A stretch of DNA of 64,000 bases from Blasia pusilla. Its lineage: Eukaryota. Below, piece after piece: positions 62,606 to 64,000 of the stretch (its first letter is position 1; each line of letters starts with the position of its first letter). Below the pieces are notes generated by a model that was given only the letters and a program-made list of their open reading frames with translations, was not told the origin of the DNA and ran no database searches. Position numbers and translations under genes: made by a program. Location: contig CM114271.1 in the NCBI GenBank assembly GCA_050084515.1, positions 11,222,001 to 11,286,000 of the forward strand, in the 5' to 3' direction.

Positions 62606-64000
62606 ATGGATAATTATGTTAAGCTCACTTGTGGCAGTCATCTGGTGGCCCTTCCTCAATCAGAAATCATTCGACCCCAAGCTCGTGAGTCTTTCGTAGC
62701 AGTGGATGAAAATTTTCTGTCTGTTCGATTTCTTCTTCAAATTGGAACCATCTTTGTATCCAAAGATGTTAGGGTGGAAGGTATGGAAGAAATAATAGGT
62801 GAGACGGTCCAGCAAGTGACCTCAACCGTAAAGTATGGAATCTCCTACCTATCGCAAATGGTCAATACAGAGTTTACGGCCTGCCCCTGAATTCGTCTGT
62901 TTCCCAAGTAGACGGTCTAGAATTTCCTAGTGCTCCGAGCTCTACGTTTGCAACTCCAAGCTTTGCAGATCCGGCTTCGACTCCAACTTCGCACACTCGT
63001 AACAATGTTGTTCTTCCTGAAGAGATTCCGGATGTTATCAACCTCAGCGGATCTATCGAACACCAATCGGGCCCTGTGTCCGCCTACTCGTTCCTCTTGC
63101 GAGTATCAGGCAATAGTTTGCTTTCGTCTCTGCCCTTGAAAATGTTCAAGCACATTCTTGTCGACGAGCTGCCGCCCACGTACGATGAAAATTGCATTTT
63201 TGAGTTGCCTCCGCTTCTTTGCTCTGCTCAAAAGAAGGATGGAGGGCGCTGAAGGGTATGGACGAAAAAGTCGATTGTCATCGATGGTGCAGGCTTCAAC
63301 GGACCTGTGCTTCCATCCAGATGGTCCTTGGATTGTCTCCCGCCGCCAATGCGTGGGAGCCTTGGAGTGTAGAAGTCCAGCATGCCCGTATCTAGAGCGC
63401 AACGGGCGAGTCAATACGTCGCAATTCCCCCCCAAGAATGCAGAAACTCCATACGAGGTGGGTGCCACAATACCGCCGGGAGGCCATCGATGTCCTCATT
63501 GTCAGGCATCGCCCTTCTGCGTTGGAGCGTGTCCTGCATACATATTTTTCATTGTCCATGACTTGGGCTCCACGTCAGAGTATACAAAATTTGGCAGTTC
63601 ATGTTGGCTCCCACACTCATCCTGTGACCGATGCAATTCAAAGACACATCAAGGAGGATGTGGCGAAGAAAGTAGCCGAGGTCTTCAGAAACTCTCCGGG
63701 TTCAAAGCCCGGGGTGATCAAGCTCACAACGGCATCACAAATTTGTGAAAAATTGCTTGGAATCCCTGGACAGGGCAAGATCACGGCGGTTGAGGAGAAA
63801 CAACTCTGGGAAAATCTCGCGTTTCTCGCTGATCCTGAATGCTTCCGGAATTTGTTGCGTCAGATACGAGTTTTGGATGGAAAGACGGCCGAAATGGATG
63901 CCATCGCCAAAATCAAGGCTAACTCCAGATTTCCATTTATTCAGAGATGGCAGTTCATGGGCCAAGGAGGCGAGGGATCCAGGGCCTATGTCTTCAAAAT
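62606..64000 (+). pseudogene. MULE transposase, copy D, 5' part (frameshifted)
   Basis: MDNYVKLTCGSHL start; GCM-like RQCVGALECRSPACP...CPHC...; runs to WQFMGQGGEGSRAYVFK at the window end. Confidence 0.85.

Larger units (their letters stand above)
56399..64000 (+). mobile_element. MULE-like transposon copy D (same subfamily as copy 1; runs off window)
   Basis: Left terminus GGGGGCTGATATTCTGGCAGG; 60540-64000 closely matches 1-3540. Confidence 0.85.

Overview
Eukaryotic, plant-like DNA made almost entirely of nested, decayed transposons. No intact host gene is recognisable. The dominant element is a ~12.4-kb (reconstructed) Mutator/MULE-like DNA transposon, present as about six full or partial copies in two subfamilies. 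It carries two divergent, intron-containing genes. One is a transposase with a WRKY/GCM-like zinc domain, a MULE DDE core and a C-terminal SWIM finger. The other is a large cargo gene with a ParB/Srx-like domain and a divergent beta-class (N4/N6-type) DNA methyltransferase-like domain. Its introns and intergenic DNA are filled with a 27-bp palindrome, GCAACYCGTCGGAnTCCGACGRGTTGC. Nested in it is a Ty3/gypsy element (one near-complete copy, two fragments) encoding a DNMT3-like C5 cytosine methyltransferase between protease and RT and a PHD finger after the integrase. That element has split direct repeats (A-internal-B-A-B) rather than ordinary LTRs. Copia, CACTA and Helitron fragments and solo LTRs are also present. 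A ~37.6-kb segment appears inverted by alternative transposition. All domain calls are by-eye motif recognition, with no database searches, and all reading frames are disrupted.
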